Counted from the first letter of the stretch, positions 19,219 to 29,833 are shown. The stretch is DNA of 64,000 nucleotides from Arthrobacter sp. (GCA_040274025.1 JBELZL010000007.1:21117-85116), one strand, 5' to 3'. Made by a program: numbers and translations. The notes: generated by a model not told the origin, from the sequence alone.

Positions 19219-22200
19219 AGCCGGTACTTCCCGTCAGCGCCACGAGCCGCCGGGCGCTGTATCTGCTGGGACTCATCGCCGCGGTAAAGGCCCTTGCCCT
19301 GGTGCTGCTGGCAACCGGAGTGGCCGCAGGCATTGCCGGCCTTGCCGCCGGCGGACCGGACTGGGGATACATTGCCGCGACGGGTATCAGCGGTGCAGTG
19401 CTGCGGTCTGTGGCCATGTGGGCCCAGGAGACCGTGGCCCAGCGGGCAGCCGCCGGCGTCAAGGACGAACTGCGCGGCCAGCTGACGCAGAGGGTCCTGG
19501 CCGACGGCGGCAGCGTCCTGGGCATGGGCCCGGGCGCACTCAGTGTCCTGCTGACCCGCGGACTGGACGGGCTGGACAACTATTACGCCAAGTACCTGCC
19601 GGCCCTGGTTACCTGTGCCGTTCTGCCCCTGCTGATCGGCGTCCGGATCCTGACCGCCGACTGGGTCAGCGCCGTCGTCATTGTCCTGACGGTTCCGCTG
19701 GTGCCGGTGTTCATGATCCTGATCGGTCTGCACACCGGTGACAAGACGGCCAAGGCCATCGAGGCCCTGAACCGGCTCTCGGACAACATGCTGGAACTGG
19801 CCAAGGGCCTGCCGGTGCTGGTGGGCCTGGGCCGGGCCCGCGCACAGACCCGTGCCCTGCGAGACGTGGCCGACCGCTACCGCGTCACCACACTGGAAAC
19901 CCTGCGCGTGGCCTTTATGTCTTCGCTGGCACTTGAGCTGATCGCCACGATTTCCGTGGCCGTGGTGGCCGTTTTCATCGGCGTGCGCCTCGTGCACGGG
20001 GACATGTCCCTGGAAATGGGCCTGCTGGCGCTGATCCTTGCGCCCGAGTGCTACCAGCCGCTGCGTGATCTGGGCACGGCCCACCACTCCAGCGAAGACG
20101 GGCTGGAGGCACTGAAGCGGACCAACGCCGTCCTGGACGCACCCGCTGCCCGTCCGCTCGCGCAGTCCGAGAACACGGATGACGACGGCGGCGTGAGCGT
20201 ACGCGGCCTGACCGTCAAGTACGACGGGCGTCCGGACCCCGTACTGGAAAACCTCTCCTTTACCGTGCCCGCAGGAGCCATTGCGGCCCTCACCGGCCCC
20301 AGCGGCAGCGGCAAGACCACTGTGCTCGAAGTGCTTGCCGGCCTCCGCCGGGACGGTGCCGGAGTCCAGCTAAGCGGTGAAGCCTCCGGCACGGACCGGG
20401 CCCGGGTGGCCTGGATTCCGCAGCACCCGGTGCTGGTGGAGGAAACCGTGGCGGCGGAGATCGGCCTTTACTCAGGGCTCACGGACCCGGGCGCCCAGCG
20501 CACCGCCGCAGAGCAGGCGCTGGCCGAGATCAGTTCGCAGCACCTGTTGGACGCACACACGGCAGACCTCAGTCCGGGCGAACAGCGCCGCGTGGCCGTG
20601 GCACGCGCCGTTGCCCGCGTGCGTAACGTACCCGGCGTCGGCGTCCTGCTCGCAGACGAACCCACTGCGCACCTGGACGAATCCAGTGCCGCGGCAGTCC
20701 GGGGCGCTCTCGCCAGGCTAAGCCCGGACTGCACCGTGCTGCTGGTGGCCCACGACCGCCGGACGGCAGCGATCGCCGGCGTGCGCATTCCCGTAGGTGC
20801 CGAAACCACCGTTCCCGAACCTGAACTGGACCCGTTGCCTTCCGCCGCACCCGCCCCTGCCGAGACGCAGTTCAGCGGATCCACGGAACAGGCAGGCTAC
20901 GTCCACCAGCCGCTCTGGAAGAACCTGCTGGTACTTCGCCCCTGGAGTCCCCAGTTCCTGAAGGCGCTGGCCTACGGCACCGGTGCCACCATCTTCGCCG
21001 TGGCGCTGAGCGCGCTGTCCGGATGGCTGATTGTCCGCGCGTCCGAGCAGCCCCCCATCCTGTACCTCCTCACGGCCATTGTGGGAGTGCGGTTCTTCGG
21101 CATCGGACGTGCCGTGCTGCGCTACCGCGAACGCCTCCACCTGCACGACGCCGTCTTCCGCGCTACCAACTCAATCCGCATCCGGCTGTGGAACGGCCTG
21201 CTGAACCGTCCCGAAGGCTGGCGGCGCCTGGCCCGCGGCGGCGGAGCCCTGGAGCGCCTGGTGGGCGACGTGGACGAACTGCGCGACATCGCCCCGCGCG
21301 TGGTCTTTGCCCCGCTGACTGCGTTTGTCACGGCTGTTGCCGCATGCATTGCCACGGCAATCCTGATTCCGGACGCCCTCTGGGTCCAGATCGGGCTGTG
21401 CCTGGTGGGTCTCATTGGCGCTCCGGCTGTAGCGCTCTGGGCCGACGCCGCTGCCCGCGCCCGGACGGTAACCCTGCAGTCCAAGGCAATGGCATCCATG
21501 GCCAAGCTGCTTTCGGCCGCCCGTGACCTGGAAGCCAACACCTCCGCTACTCCAGTGGTGACCCGCCAGCGGCTGCTGGACGCTGCAGCGGCCGGTGCCG
21601 TGCGGCGCAGTGCCTGGGCACAGGGGCTGGCCAATGCGCTGACTGCGCTGGCCTGCGCCGCCTCCGCGCTGTGGATCCTGGCCCTGGCGCAGGGCGTTCC
21701 CGCCACCGTGGCGGCGGTCATCGTTTTGATGCAGCTGGCCCTGCTTGAATGCTTTGCGGCCGTCAACGGCTCGATCCAGCAGTTCACCGCCTGGCGGGTG
21801 CTGGGGGACAAGGTACTCCCGGACCTGGGCTCGGATTCGGTCGATCCGGGCGCAGTGCCGGACGGGGCGGCAGCTGCGGCAGCCGGCGCTCCGCGCCCGG
21901 GCAGCATCGAGCTGTCCGGGATCCGCTACCGCTACCCGGGCGGCTCCCGCGACGTGCTCAACGGCGTGGACCTCAGTCTGGAGCCCGGGGACTGGCTCGC
22001 CGTCACCGGACCCTCCGGCAGCGGCAAGTCCACCCTGCTGGGCGTGCTGCTCGGCTTCCTGCAGCCCCAGACCGGCACCTTCCGCATCGGCGGACGTCCG
22101 GCGTCGGAGTTCAGCCGGGAGGCCCGCGGTATGGCGTGGTGCCCGCAGGAGGCTCATCTCTTTGACTCCACCCTGCGCGGCAACCTGCTGATCGCCCGTG

Positions 22201-22568
22201 ACCGTTCCAAGGCTCCGAGTGAAGCGGAAATGCTGGCTGCCCTGGAGGCAGTGGGTCTTGGCGGGCTGGTCGCGGAGCTTGAAGACGGGATCGACACCCG
22301 GATCGGCAACGGCGGCCACCGGCTTTCCGGCGGCCAGCGCCAGCGCCTCGCCGTGGCACGTGCCCTGCTGACGGAAGCCGGAATCGTCCTGCTGGATGAA
22401 CCAACGGCACACCTGGACCCGGCAGCCGGACGCCAGCTGATGGCTGACCTTGCCTCCGGCCTGGCGGGCAAGACGGTGGTGGTGGTGACCCACAATCCGG
22501 CGGACGCCGCCTGGTGCGGCCGGACCCTTGAGCTTGGTGCGGCCCAAGGCAGCCTTGCCCTACGCTAG
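19215..22568 (+). CDS. cydDC: Fused CydD-CydC thiol-reductant ABC exporter (TMD-NBD-linker-TMD-NBD in one polypeptide)
   Basis: 1117-aa uninterrupted ORF. First half: Walker A GPSGSGKTT, signature LSPGEQRRV, Walker B LLADEPTAHLD. Second half: GPSGSGKST, LSGGQRQRL, VLLDEPTAHLD. The GTG start overlaps the cydB stop (GTGA). Confidence 0.85.
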   Translation: MKPVLPVSATSRRALYLLGLIAAVKALALVLLATGVAAGIAGLAAGGPDWGYIAATGISGAVLRSVAMWAQETVAQRAAAGVKDELRGQLTQRVLADGGSVLGMGPGALSVLLTRGLDGLDNYYAKYLPALVTCAVLPLLIGVRILTADWVSAVVIVLTVPLVPVFMILIGLHTGDKTAKAIEALNRLSDNMLELAKGLPVLVGLGRARAQTRALRDVADRYRVTTLETLRVAFMSSLALELIATISVAVVAVFIGVRLVHGDMSLEMGLLALILAPECYQPLRDLGTAHHSSEDGLEALKRTNAVLDAPAARPLAQSENTDDDGGVSVRGLTVKYDGRPDPVLENLSFTVPAGAIAALTGPSGSGKTTVLEVLAGLRRDGAGVQLSGEASGTDRARVAWIPQHPVLVEETVAAEIGLYSGLTDPGAQRTAAEQALAEISSQHLLDAHTADLSPGEQRRVAVARAVARVRNVPGVGVLLADEPTAHLDESSAAAVRGALARLSPDCTVLLVAHDRRTAAIAGVRIPVGAETTVPEPELDPLPSAAPAPAETQFSGSTEQAGYVHQPLWKNLLVLRPWSPQFLKALAYGTGATIFAVALSALSGWLIVRASEQPPILYLLTAIVGVRFFGIGRAVLRYRERLHLHDAVFRATNSIRIRLWNGLLNRPEGWRRLARGGGALERLVGDVDELRDIAPRVVFAPLTAFVTAVAACIATAILIPDALWVQIGLCLVGLIGAPAVALWADAAARARTVTLQSKAMASMAKLLSAARDLEANTSATPVVTRQRLLDAAAAGAVRRSAWAQGLANALTALACAASALWILALAQGVPATVAAVIVLMQLALLECFAAVNGSIQQFTAWRVLGDKVLPDLGSDSVDPGAVPDGAAAAAAGAPRPGSIELSGIRYRYPGGSRDVLNGVDLSLEPGDWLAVTGPSGSGKSTLLGVLLGFLQPQTGTFRIGGRPASEFSREARGMAWCPQEAHLFDSTLRGNLLIARDRSKAPSEAEMLAALEAVGLGGLVAELEDGIDTRIGNGGHRLSGGQRQRLAVARALLTEAGIVLLDEPTAHLDPAAGRQLMADLASGLAGKTVVVVTHNPADAAWCGRTLELGAAQGSLALR

Positions 22569-22573
22569 GAGCC

Positions 22574-23578
22574 ATGGCCTCAACAAACACTGTGCACCTG
22601 CCCGGACCGCAGACGCAGCTGGCGTGGCGTCCCATCACACCTGAAGACCTGGATGACTGGCATGCCCTGATCCGCCGGATAGTGGAGGTGGACAAGCCGG
22701 GATGGGCGGAAGACCGCGCCGATCTTGAGCACGCGCTTCAGCGCCCTGGGAACGATCCTGAACTGGACTCACTGCTGGGCGTGGATGCCGACGGCGTGCC
22801 GAGGGCCTTTGGCTTGGTGAACCTCAACCCGGGCTCAGTGCGGGCCATCGGGTTCGGCGGGGTGGATCCTGCGTGGCGCCGGAGGGGGATAGGCACGGCA
22901 GTCTACGGCTGGCAGGCTGCCAGGGCCCGTGCCAGGGTTCAGGAGCGGGACGGGGAGGGTCCCGTGCTGCGCAGCTATGCCGAAGCCAACAATCCTTCCC
23001 ATCTTGCGCTGCTGGAGTCGGTGGGAGCGCGCGTGGTCCGGTACTTCACCGAGATGACCCGCCCGCTGGACGGGAACCTGCCCGAGGCAGAGCTGCCAGG
23101 GGACCTGGAGTTCCGGACTTTCTCGGAGGAGATCTCCGAGCAGCTTCGCCTTGCCCACAACGAGGCGTTCCTGGACCACTGGGGCAGTGAACCGCGGGAT
23201 CCGGAGAATTGGCGGTTCACCGTGGGTCATCCCCAGTTCCGGCCCGACTGGAGCTTTGTGGTGCTGGAGAAGTCATCCGGCGCCATTGCCGCCTACCAGC
23301 TGGCCAGTTATGACCCTGAGTCACCGGCCATCTTCGGCTATTCGGAGGGTTACACCGAGCTGCTCGGCGTCCTGCGTCCCTGGCGCGGCAAGGGCATCGC
23401 TCCGGCAATGCTGGCTGAAGCGATGCGGCGGTTCCAAGCCTCGGAGATGCAGAATGCCGGCCTTGGCGTAGACACCGAGAACCCGTCCGGAGCGCTGCGG
23501 ATCTATGAACAGCTGGGCTACCGGCCGGTGAGCCGCCAGGTTGTGTACGACCTGGCGCTGGATGCTGAATCGAACTAG
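22574..23578 (+). CDS. Two-domain GNAT family N-acetyltransferase (mycothiol-synthase-like architecture, not proven)
   Basis: 334 aa with two acetyl-CoA binding motifs (WRRRGIGTAVYGW and WRGKGIAPAMLAE). Confidence 0.7.
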   Translation: MASTNTVHLPGPQTQLAWRPITPEDLDDWHALIRRIVEVDKPGWAEDRADLEHALQRPGNDPELDSLLGVDADGVPRAFGLVNLNPGSVRAIGFGGVDPAWRRRGIGTAVYGWQAARARARVQERDGEGPVLRSYAEANNPSHLALLESVGARVVRYFTEMTRPLDGNLPEAELPGDLEFRTFSEEISEQLRLAHNEAFLDHWGSEPRDPENWRFTVGHPQFRPDWSFVVLEKSSGAIAAYQLASYDPESPAIFGYSEGYTELLGVLRPWRGKGIAPAMLAEAMRRFQASEMQNAGLGVDTENPSGALRIYEQLGYRPVSRQVVYDLALDAESN

Positions 23579-24243
23579 GCCTGCACTACCCAGATGGCCT
23601 CGGCGGCGGGAAGTCCGAGTTCCACCCGGTCACCCGAGCGTTCCAGGGTGAGCGTGCCTGCGTAGGCCTGGCGTTCCAGGATGCTGATCTCCGTGTCCAG
23701 GCCCAGGCCCATGCCGCCCAGATAGCGGAGCAGGTCAGGGCTGTTGTCCGAAACCCGTGCAATGCGCAGCCGCGTGCCCGGTTCGCTGTGGCTCAGGCGG
23801 GCGGCGTCCAGGGCCGGCAGGCTGCCGTCCCGCGCGGGAATGGGGTCCCCGTGCGGATCGCGGACCGGGTGGCCCAGGCGTACGGCCAGAGCCTCGACCA
23901 TCTTGTCCGAGACCGCGTGTTCGAGGTTCTCCGCCTCGTCATGCACTTCATCCCAGCCGTACCCGAGGTATTCAACCAGGAACGTCTCAATCAGCCGGTG
24001 GCGCCGTACCATGTTCACTGCTGCCTGCTCGCCGGCGGGAGTCAGGGCCACGGATCCGTAGCGTGCGTGGGTCAGGAACCCCTGCGCGGCCAGCCGCTTC
24101 ACCGCCTCGGAAACCGATGATGCAGAAAAGCCCAGATGGGCCGAGAGCGCAGAGACGGTCACTGGCGCGTCCGTCCATTCCTGTGCCGTCCAGATGACTT
24201 TGAGGTAGTCCTCCGCAGCGCTGGTCAGTTCTTTCTTTCCCAC
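23575..24243 (-). CDS. DtxR/IdeR/MntR family metal-dependent transcriptional regulator
   Basis: The 222-aa core SAAEDYLKVIW...SVSEAVKRLAAQGFLTHARYGSVALTPAGEQAAVNMVRRHRLIETFLVEYLGYGWDEVHDEAENLEHAVS carries the DtxR HTH and metal-site pattern, plus an SH3-like C-terminal domain. The start was set at GTG 24243 (GGTGGGA upstream). The 362-aa ORF extension to 24663 is Pro/Arg-rich antisense of csoR and was rejected. Confidence 0.85.
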   Translation of the reverse strand: MGKKELTSAAEDYLKVIWTAQEWTDAPVTVSALSAHLGFSASSVSEAVKRLAAQGFLTHARYGSVALTPAGEQAAVNMVRRHRLIETFLVEYLGYGWDEVHDEAENLEHAVSDKMVEALAVRLGHPVRDPHGDPIPARDGSLPALDAARLSHSEPGTRLRIARVSDNSPDLLRYLGGMGLGLDTEISILERQAYAGTLTLERSGDRVELGLPAAEAIWVVQA

Positions 24244-24296
24244 GCGTCCCACCTTACGCCAGCGCCCGGAAAACCAGGCCGGATGACCTGCCCGGA

Positions 24297-24336
24297 TACC
24301 CCCGAGGGGTACTTGACGCATACCCCGAGAGGGTAT
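24297..24336. promoter_or_regulatory. Two CsoR-type operator boxes
   Basis: 24297-24311 TACCCCcgaGGGGTA and 24320-24336 ATACCCcgagaGGGTAT. These are GC-cored TACCC...GGGTA dyads of the kind bound by actinobacterial CsoR. Confidence 0.65.
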
Positions 24337-24341
24337 AGATT
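24313..24341 (+). promoter_or_regulatory. Candidate sigma-70-type promoter of csoR-copZ-copA
   Basis: -35 TTGACG (24313-24318), exactly 17 nt spacer, -10 TAGATT (24336-24341). The second CsoR box fills the spacer. Confidence 0.55.
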
Positions 24342-24380
24342 CTCTGGTGTTGACGGACTTATTTACCGGGAGGCCGAACC

Positions 24381-24719
24381 ATGGACACCAGCGCACTTGA
24401 TGCCGCGGACGTGGATGTGGATGTGGACCGCGGCTACTCCAGTGACAAGGAAGCCTACCTGCGGCGGCTGAAGCGGATCGAGGGACAGGTCCGGGGAATC
24501 GCCCGGATGGTCGATGAAGACAAGTACTGCATTGACGTCCTGACTCAGGTCTCCGCCGTAACCAAGGCACTGCATGCACTGAGCCTCGGCCTGGTCCAGG
24601 ACCACATTTCCCACTGCGTTGTCTCGGCCGCCCGGGAAGCCGAGGAAGCGGGCGACCAGTCAATCGTGGACATTAAGGTCCAGGAAGCAACAGACGCAAT
24701 CGGCCGGCTCCTGCGCTAG
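24381..24719 (+). CDS. csoR: CsoR family copper-sensing transcriptional repressor
   Basis: 112 aa. The pattern LKRIEGQVRGIARMVDEDKYCIDVLTQVSAVTKAL...HISHC carries the Cys-His-Cys Cu(I) ligand pattern of CsoR/RcnR. Confidence 0.9.
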   Translation: MDTSALDAADVDVDVDRGYSSDKEAYLRRLKRIEGQVRGIARMVDEDKYCIDVLTQVSAVTKALHALSLGLVQDHISHCVVSAAREAEEAGDQSIVDIKVQEATDAIGRLLR

Positions 24720-24772
24720 CGGGAACCGGAGGAAAACCAGCGGGGCCGCCGCCCTGCAGAGGAGGAACAGCT

Positions 24773-24985
24773 ATGGAAACCAAACTCAGCATTTCTGGCA
24801 TGACCTGCGGCCACTGCGTCGCATCGGTCACCGAGGAACTCAGTGCGGTAGAGGGCGTGAAGGACGTCCGGGTTGACCTGGTGGCCGACGGCGTATCCAC
24901 GGCAGTCGTTACTTCGACCGAACCCGTTGCACCCGAACTGCTCGGTGAAGCCGTTGCGGAAGCGGGCTACACGGTGGTGGGCTGA
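24773..24985 (+). CDS. copZ: Heavy-metal-associated (HMA) copper chaperone
   Basis: 70 aa with the GMTCGHC metal-binding motif and a ferredoxin-like fold pattern. Confidence 0.9.
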   Translation: METKLSISGMTCGHCVASVTEELSAVEGVKDVRVDLVADGVSTAVVTSTEPVAPELLGEAVAEAGYTVVG

Positions 24986-24995
24986 AAGGAGAATC

Positions 24996-27233
24996 ATGGC
25001 AACCCGTGAACAGCAGCACCTGCACGCAGAGCGTGAGGTGTCGCTGGACATCCAGGGCATGACCTGCGCTTCCTGCGTGAACCGTGTGGAGCGCAAGCTG
25101 GGCAGGATCGAAGGCGTCCAGGCCAGCGTCAACCTGCCGCTGAACTCGGCAACGGTCCGGGTGCCGGCCGGTGTCACGAATGACCAGCTGGTCGCCACCG
25201 TGGAAGCAGCCGGGTATAAGGCGAAGGTGGCCGCACCTGAGAACCACGGTGATCATGAGGATCACATGGCGCACGGCGGTAGTGCGGCACAGCTGCGGCC
25301 CCGCCTCATTACTGCCGCCGTTCTCACCGTTCCTGTTCTCCTCATCTCCATGGTGCCGGCCCTGATGTTCCCTCACTGGGGCTGGGTGGCCGCAGCGCTC
25401 TCGCTGCCGGTAGTGCTCTGGTCCGCCTGGCCTTTCCACCGGGCCGCAGCGGTCAACGCGCGCCATCTGGCCTCGACGATGGACACGCTGGTGTCCATCG
25501 GCGTCAGCGCCGCGTATCTGTTCTCCGTGGGACAGCTGATCGCTGATCCGGCACTGACAGCCGATCCGGGCATGAGTGAAGGCGCGCACCTCTACTTCGA
25601 AGTCGCCGCCGTCGTCACTACGTTCCTGCTGCTGGGGCGGTATCTCGAGGCCCGGGCCAAGACCAGTGCTGCAGACGCCCTCACCTCCCTGCTTAGTCTG
25701 GGAGCCAAGGACGCGGTGGTGCTCCGTAACGGCCGTGAAGTGCTGATCCCGGCCGGCGAGCTCGTCCCCGGTGACCAATTTGTAGTGCGTCCGGGGGAGA
25801 AGATTGCCACGGACGGAATTGTGGTCGACGGCGAATCGGCGATCGACGCCGCCCTGATCACCGGTGAATCCCTGCCGGTGGAAGTCCGCACCGGCGATCC
25901 GGTTACGGGTGCCACGGTGAACACTTCCGGGCGGCTGCTGGTCCGCGCGACGAGGGTCGGCAGTGAAACCACCCTGGCCCAGATGGGTGCCCTGGTCAGC
26001 GCCGCCCAGTCGGGCAAGGCGCCGATCGCACGGCTGGCCGACCGGATCAGCGCCGTGTTTGTGCCGGTGGTCCTGGCAATTGCCGTCATCACGTTCATAC
26101 TCTGGCTGCTGATCACCGGCGACGTGCAGAGCGCGTTTGTCTCAGCTGTTGCCGTGCTGGTCATTGCCTGCCCGTGTGCACTGGGCCTGGCGACGCCGGT
26201 GGGCCTGCTCACCGGAACCGGCCGCGGAGCCCAGCTGGGCATCCTGATCAAGGGCCCGCAGGTCCTGGAGGACACCCGCACGGTCAACACCATCCTGCTG
26301 GACAAGACCGGAACCGTCACCAGCGGCAAACTCTCCGTTGCCCGCACGGTCCTGCTGACGGATGCCGCGGTGCCGGATGAGTCCACCCTGCTGCGGCTGG
26401 CCGGATCCCTGGAGAACGCCGGTGAACACCCGATTGCCCGTGCCGTCGCTGCAGCAGCTGAAGCCGGACCGGGCCTGGCAGCGGTCAGCGGATTCCTTTC
26501 CTCGCCCGGCGGCGGCGTACGCGGCACGGTTCAGGGGCGCAGCGTGGTAGCCGGACGGCCCGGCTGGCTGGAAGAAAACGGCATTGTGCTGGACGAGGCC
26601 GCCGCAGGCGTTCTTTTGCAGGAGCAGGAAACCGGCGCTACCGCCGTCATTGTGGCTGTGGACGGAGTCCCGGCGGGCGTTATCAGCCTGCAGGACACCA
26701 TCAAGGACGGTTCCCGTGAGGCAGTGGCCCGGCTGAAGGCGCTGGGCCTGCGGCCGGTGCTGCTCACCGGTGACAACGCCGTCGTAGCCGCGGCCGTTGC
26801 CCGTGAGGTCGGGATCGATCCCCGGGACGTACTGGCTGACGTCCGCCCGGAAGGCAAAGTGGAGGCGGTGCGCCGGTTCCAGGCGGAGGGTGCCACCGTG
26901 GCCATGGCGGGGGACGGCGTGAACGACGCCGCCGCGCTGGCTCAGGCGGATCTTGGCATCGCGATGGGTTCCGGCACGGACGCGGCCATGGCCGCGGCAG
27001 ACCTGACCGTGATGGGCAGCTCCCTGGGACAGGTTGCTACGGCGATCGAGCTCTCCCGGCGGACCCTGCGGACCATCAAGGTCAACCTGTTCTGGGCGTT
27101 CTTCTACAACACGGTGGGGATCCCGGTGGCCGCCTTTGGGCTGCTCAATCCGATGCTCGCCGGCGCTGCCATGGCCGCCAGCTCGGTGCTGGTGGTTGCG
27201 AATTCGCTTCGGCTGCGCAGCTTCGGCAAATAG
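24996..27233 (+). CDS. copA: Copper-translocating P1B-type ATPase
   Basis: N-terminal HMA domain GMTCASC, transmembrane CPC motif ([12 protein letters not shown]), phosphorylation site [10 protein letters not shown] motif (GEHPIARAV) and hinge [13 protein letters not shown] 24996 is preceded by AAGGAG. The ORF extension back to 24873 overlaps copZ and was rejected. Confidence 0.92.
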   Translation: MATREQQHLHAEREVSLDIQGMTCASCVNRVERKLGRIEGVQASVNLPLNSATVRVPAGVTNDQLVATVEAAGYKAKVAAPENHGDHEDHMAHGGSAAQLRPRLITAAVLTVPVLLISMVPALMFPHWGWVAAALSLPVVLWSAWPFHRAAAVNARHLASTMDTLVSIGVSAAYLFSVGQLIADPALTADPGMSEGAHLYFEVAAVVTTFLLLGRYLEARAKTSAADALTSLLSLGAKDAVVLRNGREVLIPAGELVPGDQFVVRPGEKIATDGIVVDGESAIDAALITGESLPVEVRTGDPVTGATVNTSGRLLVRATRVGSETTLAQMGALVSAAQSGKAPIARLADRISAVFVPVVLAIAVITFILWLLITGDVQSAFVSAVAVLVIACPCALGLATPVGLLTGTGRGAQLGILIKGPQVLEDTRTVNTILLDKTGTVTSGKLSVARTVLLTDAAVPDESTLLRLAGSLENAGEHPIARAVAAAAEAGPGLAAVSGFLSSPGGGVRGTVQGRSVVAGRPGWLEENGIVLDEAAAGVLLQEQETGATAVIVAVDGVPAGVISLQDTIKDGSREAVARLKALGLRPVLLTGDNAVVAAAVAREVGIDPRDVLADVRPEGKVEAVRRFQAEGATVAMAGDGVNDAAALAQADLGIAMGSGTDAAMAAADLTVMGSSLGQVATAIELSRRTLRTIKVNLFWAFFYNTVGIPVAAFGLLNPMLAGAAMAASSVLVVANSLRLRSFGK

Positions 27234-27243
27234 GAACCGCCGG

Positions 27244-29736
27244 CTAGGGAGCGGTGAGGCTGGGGCCGATGTGTTCCACCGGGCTGGCCAGCGGAACACC
27301 GGATCCGTCCCGTCTGCCGTGCTCCGTGGGCAGCGCCCGGGCCACGCCGTTCGCTGCGGCAGCCTTGGCCGGACCATGCCCGGCCCACGCAGCCACCAAA
27401 GCGTCCTCGCCCTTCAGGAAGCGGTGTGCCCGTACGCCGGCAGTTGCGCGGCCCTTGGCCGGGTACTCGGCGAAATCTGTCACCTTCACCGAGCCTCCCG
27501 GTGTTCCGGGAATCGTCTCGGTGCCGGAGGCAACGGTAACAACGACGGCGTCCGGGTCCCCTGCGGCGACCACACCGAAGAAGATCACTTCGTCACCCTC
27601 ACCGAGTTTCATGCCCGCCACACCGCCGGCGGTCCGGCCCTGGGGGCGCACTGTGGAGGCGGGGAAGTGAAGCAGCTGGGCCCCCTTGGTCGCAAAGACC
27701 AGTTCGTCGTCGTCATTCGCAGCCACGGCAGCGCCAATAACTTCATCACGCGGCTTGAGCGTGATCGCTTCCCAGTCATCCCGGTTCAGCGGGTAGTCCG
27801 GATTGACGCGCTTCACCACGCCGTTGCGGGTGCCAAGGGCCAGTACAGCGTTCAGCGGCACCAAGCCAACCAGCTTTTCGCCCTTCGTCAGCGTCATGAA
27901 GTCCTTGGCTGCTACTCCGCCCGCAAGGTTGGGCAGCCCGTTGGTCGGCGGAAGCGCCGGCATGTCCATCACCTGGACGCGGATCATCCGGCCGGAGGAG
28001 GTGACCGCTCCGATTTCCCCGCGGGCCGTGGTAGCCACCACGCTGCGGAAAACATCGTGCCGGGTCCGCTGTCCGCCTTCCTGCAGGGGCTCCTGGTTCG
28101 CGGTCCGTGCCAGCTGGCCGGACGCCGAAAGGATCACCCAGCAGGGGTCGTCGGGAATCTGCAGCGGAAGAACGGCCTTGGCACCCTTGCCTGCCTTCAC
28201 GGCCACGGCTTCGGAGGCCATCGGTGCCACGGCCTCGGACTCCAGCAGTACGGTGCGGCGCGGGGTGGCGTACTTCGCGGCAATCTCGCCGAGTTCCTCG
28301 CACACCAGTTCCCGCAGGCGTTCCTCGGAATCCAGGATGGCCTGCAGCTCCTCGATTGCAGCACGCAGCTCTTGCTGTTCCTTTTCAAGCTCCAGCCGCG
28401 AGTACTTGGTCAGCTGGCGCAGGCGCAGTTCCAGGATGTGGTTGGCCTGGACCTCGGTGAGGTCGTAGATGGACATCAGGCGGGTGCGTGCCTCCGCAGT
28501 CTCTTCCGAGGAACGGATCACCTGGATGACCTCGTCAATGTCTACGATCGCGATCAGCAGGCCCTCTACCAGGTGCAGGCGGTCCTTCTTGCGGCCCAGG
28601 CGGTAGGCGGTGCGCCGGCGGACCACGCCCAGCCGGTGGGAAGCGTAAACCTGCAGCAGCTCCACCAGGCCCAGCGTCCGCGGCTGGCCGTCCACCAGGG
28701 AGACGTTGTTGATGCCGAAGGAATCTTCCATCGGCGTGTAGCGGTAGAGCTGCGCCAGAACGGCCTTGGGATTGAACCCGTTCTTCAGCTCGATGACCAG
28801 CCGGAGCCCGTGCTGGCGGTCCGTGAGGTCCACGACGTCGGAAATGCCCTGAAGCTTCTTGGACGTGACCGCGTCCTTGATCTTCTCGATCACCTTTTCC
28901 GGACCCACCATGTACGGCAGTTCGGTGACCACCAGCCCGGTCCGCCGGGCCGTGAGCTGCTCCACCTCCACCTTGGCGCGGGTCTTGAAGGAACCGCGGC
29001 CCGTGGCGTAGGCGTCACGGATGCCGTCCAGACCCACGATCCGGCCGCCGGAGGGCAGATCCGGACCCGGAACGAAACGCATCAGGTCATCCAGGGAGGC
29101 CTCGGGATGACGGATCAGGTGCTGGGTTGCCGCAATAACCTCACCGAGGTTGTGCGGGGCCATGTTCGTCGCCATGCCGACGGCGATGCCCGAGGCGCCG
29201 TTGACCAGCAGATTCGGGAACGCAGCCGGCAGCACCTCCGGCTGCATCAGCTGGTTGTCGTAGTTCGGGACAAAATCCACGACGTCTTCGTCGAGGTGGT
29301 CCGTCAGGGTCAGCGCTGCCGCAGCCAGCCGCGCCTCCGTGTACCGCGAGGCCGCGGGACCGTCGTCAAGGGAACCAAAGTTGCCGTGGCCGTCGATCAG
29401 GGGCAGGCGGAGTGCCCAGTCCTGGGCCATGCGCACCATCGCATCGTAAATGGCCGAATCGCCGTGCGGGTGCAGCTTGCCCATGACCTCACCCACCACG
29501 CGTGCGCTCTTGACGTGCCCGCGGTCCGGCCGCAGTCCCATCTCCGCCATCATGTACAGGATGCGGCGCTGCACCGGCTTCAGGCCGTCCCGTGCGTCCG
29601 GGAGGGCGCGGGAATAGATCACCGAGTAGGCGTACTCGAGGAAGGACCCCTCCATCTCGGTGGTGACATCAATGTCGATGATGTTCTCAGCGATGGGTTC
29701 GCCGGGAGTGGGTGCGGAGGCGGAGCGCCGGGCCAT
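27244..29736 (-). CDS. parC: Type IIA DNA topoisomerase subunit A (topoisomerase IV ParC-like)
   Basis: 830 aa. Motifs: [42 protein letters not shown], and the active-site Tyr context [11 protein letters not shown] beta-pinwheel C-terminal domain is present. Confidence 0.85.
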   Translation of the reverse strand: MARRSASAPTPGEPIAENIIDIDVTTEMEGSFLEYAYSVIYSRALPDARDGLKPVQRRILYMMAEMGLRPDRGHVKSARVVGEVMGKLHPHGDSAIYDAMVRMAQDWALRLPLIDGHGNFGSLDDGPAASRYTEARLAAAALTLTDHLDEDVVDFVPNYDNQLMQPEVLPAAFPNLLVNGASGIAVGMATNMAPHNLGEVIAATQHLIRHPEASLDDLMRFVPGPDLPSGGRIVGLDGIRDAYATGRGSFKTRAKVEVEQLTARRTGLVVTELPYMVGPEKVIEKIKDAVTSKKLQGISDVVDLTDRQHGLRLVIELKNGFNPKAVLAQLYRYTPMEDSFGINNVSLVDGQPRTLGLVELLQVYASHRLGVVRRRTAYRLGRKKDRLHLVEGLLIAIVDIDEVIQVIRSSEETAEARTRLMSIYDLTEVQANHILELRLRQLTKYSRLELEKEQQELRAAIEELQAILDSEERLRELVCEELGEIAAKYATPRRTVLLESEAVAPMASEAVAVKAGKGAKAVLPLQIPDDPCWVILSASGQLARTANQEPLQEGGQRTRHDVFRSVVATTARGEIGAVTSSGRMIRVQVMDMPALPPTNGLPNLAGGVAAKDFMTLTKGEKLVGLVPLNAVLALGTRNGVVKRVNPDYPLNRDDWEAITLKPRDEVIGAAVAANDDDELVFATKGAQLLHFPASTVRPQGRTAGGVAGMKLGEGDEVIFFGVVAAGDPDAVVVTVASGTETIPGTPGGSVKVTDFAEYPAKGRATAGVRAHRFLKGEDALVAAWAGHGPAKAAAANGVARALPTEHGRRDGSGVPLASPVEHIGPSLTAP

Positions 29737-29833
29737 GTAGTTCTTGCGTCCTTGAGGTTGTGGTGAGGGTTGGTTTCCGTGCCTTGTGGCGGTTCGGTGG
29801 CGGGTTCTAAAAAATGCCCACTAGTCTGAGTCT

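Noticed and set aside
24244-24296. An IdeR/DtxR iron box or MntR box upstream of the DtxR-family regulator gene.
   Set aside because: No AT-rich 19-bp dyad of the TTAGGTTAGGCTAACCTAA type is visible. The only dyads in the shared intergenic region are the GC-cored CsoR boxes.
23575-24663. The 362-aa version of the DtxR-family ORF. Similar N-terminal ORF extensions occur at 24873-24995, 33090-33326, 38144-38275, 50874-51077, 52291-52398, 59749-60153, 60374-60598 and 63136-63216.
   Set aside because: The extensions are compositionally aberrant (Pro/Arg/Gly-rich). They overlap neighbouring genes or operator regions and lack RBSs. The conserved family N-termini begin at internal ATG/GTG codons that do have Shine-Dalgarno sequences.
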